Shown here one piece after another: positions 10,657-19,577 of a DNA stretch of 49,649 nt. Made by a program: the position numbers and the translations under genes. Positions within the stretch are counted from its first letter, which is position 1. Every line of letters starts with the position of its first letter. Below the pieces are notes generated by a model. It was not told the origin of the DNA. It made no database searches and saw nothing but the letters and a program-made list of their open reading frames with translations. This stretch comes from an uncultured Clostridia bacterium (GTDB lineage Bacteria; Bacillota; Clostridia; TANB77; CAG-508), in NCBI GenBank assembly GCA_947625665.1, contig CANQPF010000003.1, positions 1 through 49,649 of the forward strand. The letters run 5' to 3'.

Positions 10657-12067
10657 TTACTACTCCTTTCAAATACCACATATGTTCTGAAATTATTTTT
10701 AAATCTATCATTTTATCTATTAAATCTTCTGACCCTTCAAAAATAACAACTTTATTGCTATCAGTTCTTCCTGTTAACATATTTTCATTGTTTTTGCTTT
10801 TTCCTTCTACTAAAACTTTTTGAATTGTTCCTATGTATTTTTGATTATTTTTTTCAATTTGACTTTCTACTAATTCTTTAAGTCTATCAAAATGTTTATG
10901 TTTTATTTCGTCTGGAACTTGATTTTCCATTTTATCTCCAGGTGTTCCAATTCTTCTTGAATATATAAACATATATACTTGTTCAAAACAAACTTTTTTT
11001 ACTACATCTAAAGTATCTTCAAAATCTTCATCAGTTTCTCCTGGGAAACCAACAATAATATCTGTTGATAATGTTAAGTTAGGGATTTTAGCTTTCATTT
11101 TTTCTACTAACTCTAGATATTGTTCTTTAGTGTATTTTCTGTTCATAACCTTTAATATTTCTGTACTTCCAGCTTGAAGTGGAAGATGAATTAATTTGCA
11201 AACTTTATCACACTTTGCAATTGCATCAATAACATCATCAGTAAAATCTTTTGGATGTGGAGATACAAAACGAATTCTTTCTATTCCATCTATTTTATTT
11301 ATAGCTTCAAGTAATGTAGCAAATGAATTTATTCCTTGATACTCTTCAAACTCTACATTATTTTCTCTTTCAACTCGTAAATATGAATTAACATTTTGTC
11401 CAAGTAAAGTTATTTCTTTATATCCTTTTTTTGCAAGCTCAGTCACTTCGTCAATTATGTCTTTTGGCATTCTACTTCTTTCTCTTCCACGAACATAAGG
11501 AACAATACAATAACTACAAAAATTATTACATCCATTCATTATCGTAACAGATGCCTTAACTTTACTATCTCTTTTTATAGGCAAGCCTTCGAATACTTTT
11601 CCATCGATATCCAATATATCTATTAATTTATTTTTTTCTTCGATTACTTTATATAAATCTTCTGGAAATTTGTATAATGTATGTGTTCCAAAAATCATAT
11701 CAACAAAAGGATAACTTTCTTTTATTTTATCTGTTATATGTTTTTCTTGCATCATACATCCACCAATTGCTACAATTGTACCTCTATTTTCTTTTAATCT
11801 TTTCAATTCTCCTAATTTTCCAAACAGTTTATCTTCTGCATTTTCTCTAACGCAACAAGTATTCATAACTGCTAAGTCAACTTCATCATTATTCGTTGTT
11901 TTTACATATCCCATTTCTTCAAGCATACCACAAATTTTTTCAGAATCATTCTCATTTAGTTGACATCCCATTGTTAAAATACTATATTTTAACTTTTTAT
12001 CTTTATTTATTTCTTTTATTTTTTCTATATATTTTTTTTGATCATTTATTTCTTTTGATATTGCCAT
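10649..12067 (-). CDS. miaB: tRNA-2-methylthio-N6-dimethylallyladenosine synthase
   Basis: GCQLNENDS, NTCCVRENA, radical-SAM CNNFCSYC, TDIIVGFPGET, C-terminal TRAM domain; upstream of mutS. Confidence 0.95.
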   Translation of the reverse strand: MAISKEINDQKKYIEKIKEINKDKKLKYSILTMGCQLNENDSEKICGMLEEMGYVKTTNNDEVDLAVMNTCCVRENAEDKLFGKLGELKRLKENRGTIVAIGGCMMQEKHITDKIKESYPFVDMIFGTHTLYKFPEDLYKVIEEKNKLIDILDIDGKVFEGLPIKRDSKVKASVTIMNGCNNFCSYCIVPYVRGRERSRMPKDIIDEVTELAKKGYKEITLLGQNVNSYLRVERENNVEFEEYQGINSFATLLEAINKIDGIERIRFVSPHPKDFTDDVIDAIAKCDKVCKLIHLPLQAGSTEILKVMNRKYTKEQYLELVEKMKAKIPNLTLSTDIIVGFPGETDEDFEDTLDVVKKVCFEQVYMFIYSRRIGTPGDKMENQVPDEIKHKHFDRLKELVESQIEKNNQKYIGTIQKVLVEGKSKNNENMLTGRTDSNKVVIFEGSEDLIDKMIDLKIISEHMWYLKGVVNG

Positions 12068-12090
12068 TTTTAATTCTCCTTTACTAAGCT

Positions 12091-12119
12091 ATTTTATTAT
12101 ATTTTTCAACATTTTGCAA
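12091..12119 (-). promoter_or_regulatory. Sigma-A promoter of miaB-mutS
   Basis: TTGCAA (12119-12114), 17-nt spacer, TAAAAT (12096-12091). Confidence 0.55.
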
Positions 12120-12187
12120 GATTTACTTTTCACTTTTAAATTTTAATGATATAATATTAATATAATAATGTACAAAGGAGAAAGATT

Positions 12188-12886
12188 ATGAAATTATTTA
12201 ACACTATATTACCTTCAAGAAAACCAAAAAAAGAAGTAAAAAGATTATTTGCTTCTATTGTTTGCAAAGCAGCTGTTGACAATGGTGTTGTTTTAGAAAA
12301 TAATCGTAGATTCTTAACTCAATTAGCTATGAAAAATATGGAAAAAATAAATAAGGAAACTCTAAAATATAATAATGATCTAGTAGTACTTTGGGCTAAG
12401 CTAGACATGGAACAATATTTTGATTCTTATTATGAACTAACAGTAAATCCTTATTATGGTACTCTCCCAGCTAATCAATTAGATGAATATGTATTATTAC
12501 CTGAAAGATTCATTAGCTTAATTGATATAAAATTAGTAGGTAGTATAAAAATAGATAAAATAAAACTAAAAAAAGTATTTATTGCAACATTTGAAATTAA
12601 AGATAGAAAAGAAAATGCATATAGACCTTTTGTTGAATTTTATATAAAAAATGATAATGGCACTTTTGAAAAAGTTGCTTATGGATACGATACAAACAAT
12701 AATAAGAATGTTGAATTATTCTTTAATAATTTTACTTATCCAATATATCTTTCACATGAAGGATATATAAAATTACCTTTAAAAAATTCTAAGATAAAGC
12801 TATCTGTCTATGATTACATTTCAGCTGATAAAATGGATAAACTTCTTAAAAATGTATATATAGAAGATATTAGAATAAGGACTTAA
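12188..12886 (+). CDS. Hypothetical protein (232 aa)
   Basis: AAAGGAG RBS, TG-TATAAT upstream, ends at a terminator hairpin; no family recognised. Confidence 0.75.
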   Translation: MKLFNTILPSRKPKKEVKRLFASIVCKAAVDNGVVLENNRRFLTQLAMKNMEKINKETLKYNNDLVVLWAKLDMEQYFDSYYELTVNPYYGTLPANQLDEYVLLPERFISLIDIKLVGSIKIDKIKLKKVFIATFEIKDRKENAYRPFVEFYIKNDNGTFEKVAYGYDTNNNKNVELFFNNFTYPIYLSHEGYIKLPLKNSKIKLSVYDYISADKMDKLLKNVYIEDIRIRT

Positions 12887-12908
12887 TAAATGTAATATAA
12901 ATATAACA

Positions 12909-12955
12909 CAATAAAATACTCCCAAAAAGCTAAATATATTGGGAGTATTTTATTG
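12909..12955. terminator. Bidirectional rho-independent terminator
   Basis: 17-bp perfect inverted repeat CAATAAAATACTCCCAA / TTGGGAGTATTTTATTG between convergent genes. Confidence 0.85.
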
Positions 12956-12964
12956 TTAATCAAC

Positions 12965-14605
12965 TTACAGTTTAACTAATATGATGTCATCTTTCTCGAT
13001 AATATAGCCTTTCTTAGGCCATTTTGGAATTTCTTTTTCTTCTTCCTGAGATAATAAATCAAAAAAATTATATAAATATAGATTGCTATCTACTGACTTA
13101 AAATCATACCCTAAAAGTTTAAAATACTTTAAGATTTCTTCATTAGCCTTACCACTTTCCATAAAAGACGCTGTCGACCATTGTATACATGATTGTAAAG
13201 CAGATTGAATATATTGATATTCTTCCACTTTTTCTTCAATATTTAAAATTTTTTCACTATAATATTTCAATACTTTATAATGTAAACTATTAGGTTTTAC
13301 AGTAATGGCTTCTTCTACACATGTAGGAAGTTTAGTATCATAACTAAAAAATGCAACTGGTTTATTTTGTGTATCATATTTTGATACCAATTCATTAGCA
13401 ACATCGGTCAATTCTTCCTTTTCTGCTTGGTACCTCAAATCATTTAAATATTCCAATTTATAAATATCTTTTACCTGATTAAAGATTATAAAAGACATTA
13501 TAATAAAAAATATATATTTCTCTATTTTTTTTCTTTCTTTTTCTATAATTAATTGAGTTAATAACATAAAAATAAATGCAACGAATAATTGAAATTGTTG
13601 ACATGTCCTATAAAAAGCTGCTCCTCCTTGTATAATTGAAAGCAATATCAATGTAAGATTCATTCCTAATATTATGAATAATATTGAAAAATCTTTTTTC
13701 TTAATTGAAAAAACTATTCCAATAATAAAAGATATTATACTACAAATAACTAAATTAGCAATAGGTAGATATCCTAGACCGTTAATTATATATTCAATTA
13801 TAATAGTATTAAATAAATTTTGTATACCATTTTTAACTCCTAATCTTTCATAATAAACTATTTTTGCTGCATTATCACTCTTTTTTATATGAAATATATT
13901 AAGAGCAAATTTAACTAAAACAATATTAAATAAAACTGCTATCATTAGAGGAATAGCAAATTGTAAGCCATAAATGATAATTTTTCTTAGTTTTACTTTT
14001 TCTTTATTTGAAAATAATATTTTAATTAATATTATTAACAATACTGCCATAATATACACAACTGCAAATGACTCATAAATTGATATAGACATCCATAAGG
14101 TAAAAATGCTCGAAAAGAAAAATCTTAATCTTTTTGATATCAAACATTCATTAAATAAAATTATGCTAATAGCAACAAGTGCAAATGCCATTGCACACGA
14201 TAAGCCTAATGGAACAAATGTAAAATATTCCATTATAAGTGGATAAGAGATAAATATACATGCAAATACTGTATATGCTATTGGTTTTATTTTATTTTTT
14301 GACATGACATCAAATATTGAACAATATAATAATATATCAAAAATAAAAAATAAAACAGCTATAAAATCTACTAAAAACGGATAGAAATTAAATATTTTTA
14401 ATATTTTTTCTAATATTGGAAGTACTATCCTTCCTTGCGCTACCAGTTCCATTCCTTGAAAATATCTATCAGCAGCCAATACATCTACATTAATAGTAGA
14501 ATGGCCTAATAAGTATCCATAACTTGCTATTGCCACAATTACTATTGGAACTATAAAAGATGGATTTTTGATTAACTTAATTGCTGATTTCTTATATTTT
14601 TCCAT
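12965..14605 (-). CDS. GtrII-like polytopic membrane glycosyltransferase (GT-C fold)
   Basis: Multiple TM segments, N-terminal ...VD...QGR motif, SIYES, C-terminal extracellular domain ending PKWPKKGYI; follows a GtrB-like gene. Confidence 0.7.
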   Translation of the reverse strand: MEKYKKSAIKLIKNPSFIVPIVIVAIASYGYLLGHSTINVDVLAADRYFQGMELVAQGRIVLPILEKILKIFNFYPFLVDFIAVLFFIFDILLYCSIFDVMSKNKIKPIAYTVFACIFISYPLIMEYFTFVPLGLSCAMAFALVAISIILFNECLISKRLRFFFSSIFTLWMSISIYESFAVVYIMAVLLIILIKILFSNKEKVKLRKIIIYGLQFAIPLMIAVLFNIVLVKFALNIFHIKKSDNAAKIVYYERLGVKNGIQNLFNTIIIEYIINGLGYLPIANLVICSIISFIIGIVFSIKKKDFSILFIILGMNLTLILLSIIQGGAAFYRTCQQFQLFVAFIFMLLTQLIIEKERKKIEKYIFFIIMSFIIFNQVKDIYKLEYLNDLRYQAEKEELTDVANELVSKYDTQNKPVAFFSYDTKLPTCVEEAITVKPNSLHYKVLKYYSEKILNIEEKVEEYQYIQSALQSCIQWSTASFMESGKANEEILKYFKLLGYDFKSVDSNLYLYNFFDLLSQEEEKEIPKWPKKGYIIEKDDIILVKL

Positions 14606-14617
14606 ATTTTATTCCTC

Positions 14618-15547
14618 CTAAAAGTTAATTCTTTTTTCTTCAATAACAAGAGGTCTTTTCATTACCCTTGTATTAATTGCTAAAATATATTCTCCTAAAA
14701 TTCCTATAAAAAAGATTTGAAGTGCACCTAAGAAAAATATTCCTATTAATATTGGTGCCATTCCTGCCACAAACCTATCCCAGTACATAAGTTTTAATAT
14801 TAAATAAACAACTCCTATAAAAAAGCTAATACATGATACTATTCCACCCAAAAAAGTAGCAAGTCGTAATCCAATTTTAGTGTATGAAGTAAAAGAAAGC
14901 ATAGCTGCATCATACAACTTATAAAAATTATTATGTGTCTTGCCAGCTTTCCTTTTTTCTTGCGTATAATAAATTTCTTTATGTTGAAAACCTAATTCAG
15001 CTATTATTCCTCTTAAAAAAGGAGTAGGGTCATCCAATTTTCTTAATACTTCTATAAATTTTTTATCATATAATCCAAATCCAGTAAAATGTTCAATTTG
15101 CTCTACATCTGATAATTTTTTTATAATCTTATAATAACAACTTCTTAAGAAGTACATAAATTTCTTTTCTTTACTTTTATTTTTTATACCAATTACAATT
15201 TTGTATCCATTTTCCCATTCTTTAACAAATTTAGGAATCATCTCTATTGGATCTTGAAAGTCTGCACATATTAAAATTGTACAATCACCTGTTGATTGTA
15301 GCATTCCATAATAAGGGCTATTAAATTGTCCAAAATTTTTTGAATTGAATATTGCTTTTATTTTATTATTCTGTTCACACATACTTACCAAATATTCCCT
15401 TGTTTTATCTGTTGAACAGTTGTCTATAAAAATTATTTCATAATCATATTTACTTAGTTTTTTCAGTTGATTTATGATTGCTTCGCTTATTGGTTTTACA
15501 TTTTCTTCTTCATTATAACAAGGCACTACTATACTAATTTTTTTCAT
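14618..15547 (-). CDS. GT2 polyprenyl-phosphate glycosyltransferase (GtrB/YkoT-like)
   Basis: ISIVVPCYNEE, DNCSTD, NFGQ, ADFQDP, two C-terminal TM helices, GILGEYI. Start at ATG 15547 (MKKISIVV). Confidence 0.88.
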   Translation of the reverse strand: MKKISIVVPCYNEEENVKPISEAIINQLKKLSKYDYEIIFIDNCSTDKTREYLVSMCEQNNKIKAIFNSKNFGQFNSPYYGMLQSTGDCTILICADFQDPIEMIPKFVKEWENGYKIVIGIKNKSKEKKFMYFLRSCYYKIIKKLSDVEQIEHFTGFGLYDKKFIEVLRKLDDPTPFLRGIIAELGFQHKEIYYTQEKRKAGKTHNNFYKLYDAAMLSFTSYTKIGLRLATFLGGIVSCISFFIGVVYLILKLMYWDRFVAGMAPILIGIFFLGALQIFFIGILGEYILAINTRVMKRPLVIEEKRINF

Positions 15548-16458
15548 AGTTACACTCCCTATACCATTTAATTGTTCTTTTAATTCCTTCCTCAAAGTCT
15601 ATTTTTGGAACAAAACCTGTATCTTTAGTTAATTTTGTAATATCTGCACATAAGTTCATAACTTGGTTTTTGGCGTATTCTTTTGCTCCTATTTTCAATT
15701 TTAAATTTGGGTTTATCTGTTTTTTTATTATTTCAATATATTTATATAGTGGCATTTGCTTTCCGCTCCCAATACAATATATCTCATTTGCTTTTCCTTT
15801 TTCTCCAATTAAATATAAAGCTCTTACTAAATCTTCTATATATATATAATCCCAATTTTGTTCAGCTTTTGTATATTCTGGTGAGACATTATTTTCCATT
15901 TTAATAATACTAGACATTATCATAGTATTTTCTATGTCATAAGGTCCATATACACTTAATATCCTTGTCCATATATGCTTCATATTTAATTGTTTAGCTA
16001 AATTTCTACTTAATCTTCCTGCACATAGCTTTGCAATTCCATATGCAGTTTGAGGATCAGTTTTAGTATCTGGCCTAATTTTACCTTCAACTATCCCATA
16101 TTCTGCTTGAGATCCGGTTCCAATAAATGATTTACACCCAACTTTTTTTGCAAATTTTAATGCATCTATTGTATAACTTATATTTTTTATTTGCATCTCT
16201 ATATTTTCTCTATCTTTTCCTCTTGTTCCTTCCCACGCTAGATGATAAAAAATGTCATAATGTTCTTTTGGAATTTCTATTCTATTTAAATCACATAAAT
16301 CACTTTCTATAATTTTCAAGTTTGAATTATTGGAATATTTATTTAGTTTATCTTTATTTCTTACAATAGCTAAAATACCGAATATTTTTTTTTAACAAAT
16401 ATTCAACAAAGTTCATTCCAATTAAACCGGTTGCACCTGTAATTATAACTTTTTTCAC
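15534..16458 (-). CDS. NAD-dependent nucleotide-sugar epimerase/reductase; about 307 aa with one +1 shift at CGG (16377-16380)
   Basis: GTG at 16458 after AGGAGG gives VKKVIITGATGLIG (Rossmann fold) ...KKNI, then [C]GGT continues G-ILAIVRNKDK... into the tracked ORF with YHLAW, GSQAEYG, YGIAK, SVYGP. Confidence 0.88.
16377..16380 (-). other. Putative +1 recoding site CGGT read as Gly (sugar reductase)
   Basis: AAT ATT CGG TAT ... TAA in the incoming frame; +1 gives GGT ATT TTA GCT ATT GTA AGA. Confidence 0.65.
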
Positions 16459-16468
16459 TATATACCTC

Positions 16469-17383
16469 CTATAAACTAGTTATAATTTTTTCTGTAATTT
16501 TTTTCGCAGACAATCCATATTGTTCTCGTAAATATTCTTGTGTTCCCACAATAGAAGAATACGTATCATTTAAACCTATTCTAATTAATTTTGACTTCTT
16601 ATCGTTTTCTGCCATAATTTCTGCAACAGCGCCTCCAAATCCTCCCAATATGTTATGCTCTTCTATTGTTACTATTACTTTACATTCATTAGCACATTTT
16701 ATAATTGTCTCTTTATCAATTGGTTTAACAGTTGGGAAACTATATTGTACCACACTATATCCTTTTTTTTCTAATTGTTTTCTAACATTTATTGCTTCAC
16801 TTAAAATTGCACCCGTTGAAAATATAGCAACATCATTTCCATCCTGTATTTTTATAGCATTTCCAATTTTGAAGTTATCTATCTTTTCATGACACTTGCC
16901 TTCCTTACCTTTACCTAACCTTAAATAACATGTACCATTATATTGCAACATTGCTTTTGTTATAACTTCTGCTTCTGTTACATCTCCTGGTGCAAAAACA
17001 GCTACATTAGGCAAAGCCCTCATAATTGCTATATCTTCTGTTGCATGGTGGCTCATTCCAGCACCACCGTATGCAAAACCTCCTCCTACACTTACAATTT
17101 TAACATTTGCATTATGATATGCGCAATCATTTCTAATTTGTTCCAAACACCTCATTGTTGGAAAATTACCTATAGAATATGTAACTACTTTTTTACCTTC
17201 TTTAGCCATTCCAGCTGCAATTCCGGTCATAGTTTGTTCTGCAATTCCGGCATTAATAAATCTTTCCGGAAACTTTTCGCAAAACGGTGTTATTACACCA
17301 AATCCCAAATCTCCAGTAATTAAACATATTGATTTATCCTTTTTAGCACAGTCTATTAAAGTATTTATAAATGTATTTCTCAT
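16469..17383 (-). CDS. Transketolase-like protein, C-terminal (pyrimidine-binding) subunit
   Basis: RFINAGIAEQ, SHHATED, YLRLGK, TIEEHN. Confidence 0.9.
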   Translation of the reverse strand: MRNTFINTLIDCAKKDKSICLITGDLGFGVITPFCEKFPERFINAGIAEQTMTGIAAGMAKEGKKVVTYSIGNFPTMRCLEQIRNDCAYHNANVKIVSVGGGFAYGGAGMSHHATEDIAIMRALPNVAVFAPGDVTEAEVITKAMLQYNGTCYLRLGKGKEGKCHEKIDNFKIGNAIKIQDGNDVAIFSTGAILSEAINVRKQLEKKGYSVVQYSFPTVKPIDKETIIKCANECKVIVTIEEHNILGGFGGAVAEIMAENDKKSKLIRIGLNDTYSSIVGTQEYLREQYGLSAKKITEKIITSL

Positions 17384-18208
17384 TACTTTAATACCTCCAA
17401 CTCCTTAATGGCTTTTTCATATTCTTCACCTTGTGGATCTTTATAATGCCATAAAATATTGTTTTCCATAAATGAAATTCCTTTACCCTTTACCGTATTT
17501 GCAATAATAATAGTAGGTTTGTTTTTTTCTTCATCTACCTTTTTTAAAGCTTTTTCTAGATCATCACAATCATTTCCATCTACTTCAATTACATTCCATC
17601 CAAATGATCTCCATTTATCACCAAGCGGCTCTAATTTTATTGTATTTTCACAATAGTCTAAACTTTGCATCTTATTATGATCTATAATTGTTATTAAGTT
17701 ATTTAGCTTATAATGATTTGCAAATAATGCACTTTCCCAAATTGTGCCTTCATCGCATTCACCATCTCCTAATATCACAAAAACTTTGTACTTTTTTTTA
17801 TCCATTTTAGCTGCCATTGCCATACCAACACCTACAGGTAGTCCATGTCCTAATGAACCGGGTAGAATGTTCAACTCCTGGAATTCCTATATGTGAAACA
17901 TGCCCTGATAATTTACTTCCGTTAGCATAATGTGTTTTTAAATATTCTACATTAAAAAATCCTTCTTCTGCAAGTGCACTATAAATAGCTGCTCCAGCAT
18001 GTCCCTTACTTAATATAACTCTATCTCTTTCTTCAAACTTAGGATTATTAGCATCATAATTCATAATTTTAGCATATAATACCGCAACAATGTCTGCTAC
18101 TGATAATACTGAAGCTATATGTGATCCTTTTGATATATGTGCCATTTCCAATGCATGCCTTCTTATTTTCCATGCTAGTTGTTTTGAATTAGATATTTTT
18201 CTACTCAT
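17383..18208 (-). CDS. Transketolase-like protein, N-terminal TPP-binding subunit; about 274 aa with one +1 shift at CGG (17857-17860)
   Basis: GSHIAS, LSKGHA, PGVEHST-[C]GGT-SLGHGL, GDGECDEG, TVKGKG. Confidence 0.9.
17857..17860 (-). other. Putative +1 recoding site CGGT read as Gly (transketolase STGSLGHG motif)
   Basis: TCT ACC CGG TTC in the incoming frame; +1 gives GGT TCA TTA GGA CAT GGA. Confidence 0.78.
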
Positions 18209-18210
18209 AT

Positions 18211-19554
18211 TTAAACCTCTTTACATACTTCTTTTATCTTTTTTATCGTAAAATCTATTTCTTTATTTGTCATACCTGGATATAGTCCAATCCAAAATGT
18301 ATCTTCCATAATTCTATTAGTATTTTTTAAATCACCTACAACCCTATAACCTTTTCCTTCTTTTCTTAACTCGTCAAAACATGGATGCTTAATTAAATTA
18401 CCTGCAAATAGATTTCTTGTTTGAATTCCATTGTCTTCCAAGTATTTAATTATTTTATTTCTATCTATCCCTTTTTTGCATGTAATAGCAAAACCAAACC
18501 AACTTGGATTTGAATTTTCAGTTGCTTCTGGTAAGATTAATTTATCTTGTAAATCTTTTAAACCTCCTTTTAATCTATTAAAATTAGATATTCTTTTTTT
18601 TGTAAATGAATTTAATTTTTCCAATTGTGCACATCCTATTGCAGCTTGCATATCTGTCGCTTTTAAATTATATCCAAAATGCGAATATACATATTTATGG
18701 TCATAACCTACTGGTAATTCTCCATATCTTTTATCAAATCTATGTCCACATAAATTATCAACTCCTGAAGGACAACTACAATCTCTTCCCCAATCTCTAA
18801 AAGATCTTATAATTTTATTTAATAAACTATTGTTAGTATATACTGCTCCTCCTTCTCCCATTGTCATATGATGTGGTGGATAAAAACTTGACGTGCCAAT
18901 GTCTCCAATTGTACCTGTTAATTTTTCTTTACCATTAATTGTATAAGTTGAACCTAATGCATCACAATTATCTTCTATGAGCCAAAGGTTATGTTTTTCA
19001 CAAAATTCTTTTACTTTTTTTAAATTAAATGGATTTCCTAATGTATGCGCTATCATAATTGCTTTAGTTTTATGTGATAGTGCCATTTCTAACATATTTT
19101 CATCAATATTATATCCCGGAATAGTAACATCTACAAACACAGGTATTACTCCATACTGTATTATAGGTGTTACTGTTGTTGGAAATCCTGCTGCTACTGT
19201 AATAACTTCATCTCCACGATTAATTTTTCTTTCTTTTAACAACGGAGATGTTAATGCCATAAATGCAATTAAATTTGCTGAAGATCCTGAATTTACCAAT
19301 GTACAATATTTTATATCTAAAAATTTTGCAAATTCTCTTTCAAATTTTATTGTGTACTTTCCAGAAGTTAGCCAAAAATCTAATGCACTATCAACTAAAT
19401 TACTCATTTCTTTGCTATCATATACTCTCGAAGCATATTGAATTCTATCTCCTACTTTAAATTCTTTTTCTATATTATGATATTTATTACAATATTCTTC
19501 TATTATTTTTAATATTTCACTTCTAGCTTCATTTTCTGTCTTATTTTCAAACAT
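18211..19554 (-). CDS. rfbH: CDP-4-keto-6-deoxy-D-glucose 3-dehydratase (E1, DdhC/RfbH)
   Basis: NSGSSANL, EDNCDALG, SFYPPHHMTMGEGG (His in place of the PLP Lys), RDWGRDCSC...C, YDHKY. Confidence 0.93.
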   Translation of the reverse strand: MFENKTENEARSEILKIIEEYCNKYHNIEKEFKVGDRIQYASRVYDSKEMSNLVDSALDFWLTSGKYTIKFEREFAKFLDIKYCTLVNSGSSANLIAFMALTSPLLKERKINRGDEVITVAAGFPTTVTPIIQYGVIPVFVDVTIPGYNIDENMLEMALSHKTKAIMIAHTLGNPFNLKKVKEFCEKHNLWLIEDNCDALGSTYTINGKEKLTGTIGDIGTSSFYPPHHMTMGEGGAVYTNNSLLNKIIRSFRDWGRDCSCPSGVDNLCGHRFDKRYGELPVGYDHKYVYSHFGYNLKATDMQAAIGCAQLEKLNSFTKKRISNFNRLKGGLKDLQDKLILPEATENSNPSWFGFAITCKKGIDRNKIIKYLEDNGIQTRNLFAGNLIKHPCFDELRKEGKGYRVVGDLKNTNRIMEDTFWIGLYPGMTNKEIDFTIKKIKEVCKEV

Positions 19555-19577
19555 TATATTTTCCTTTCTTTGACCTA

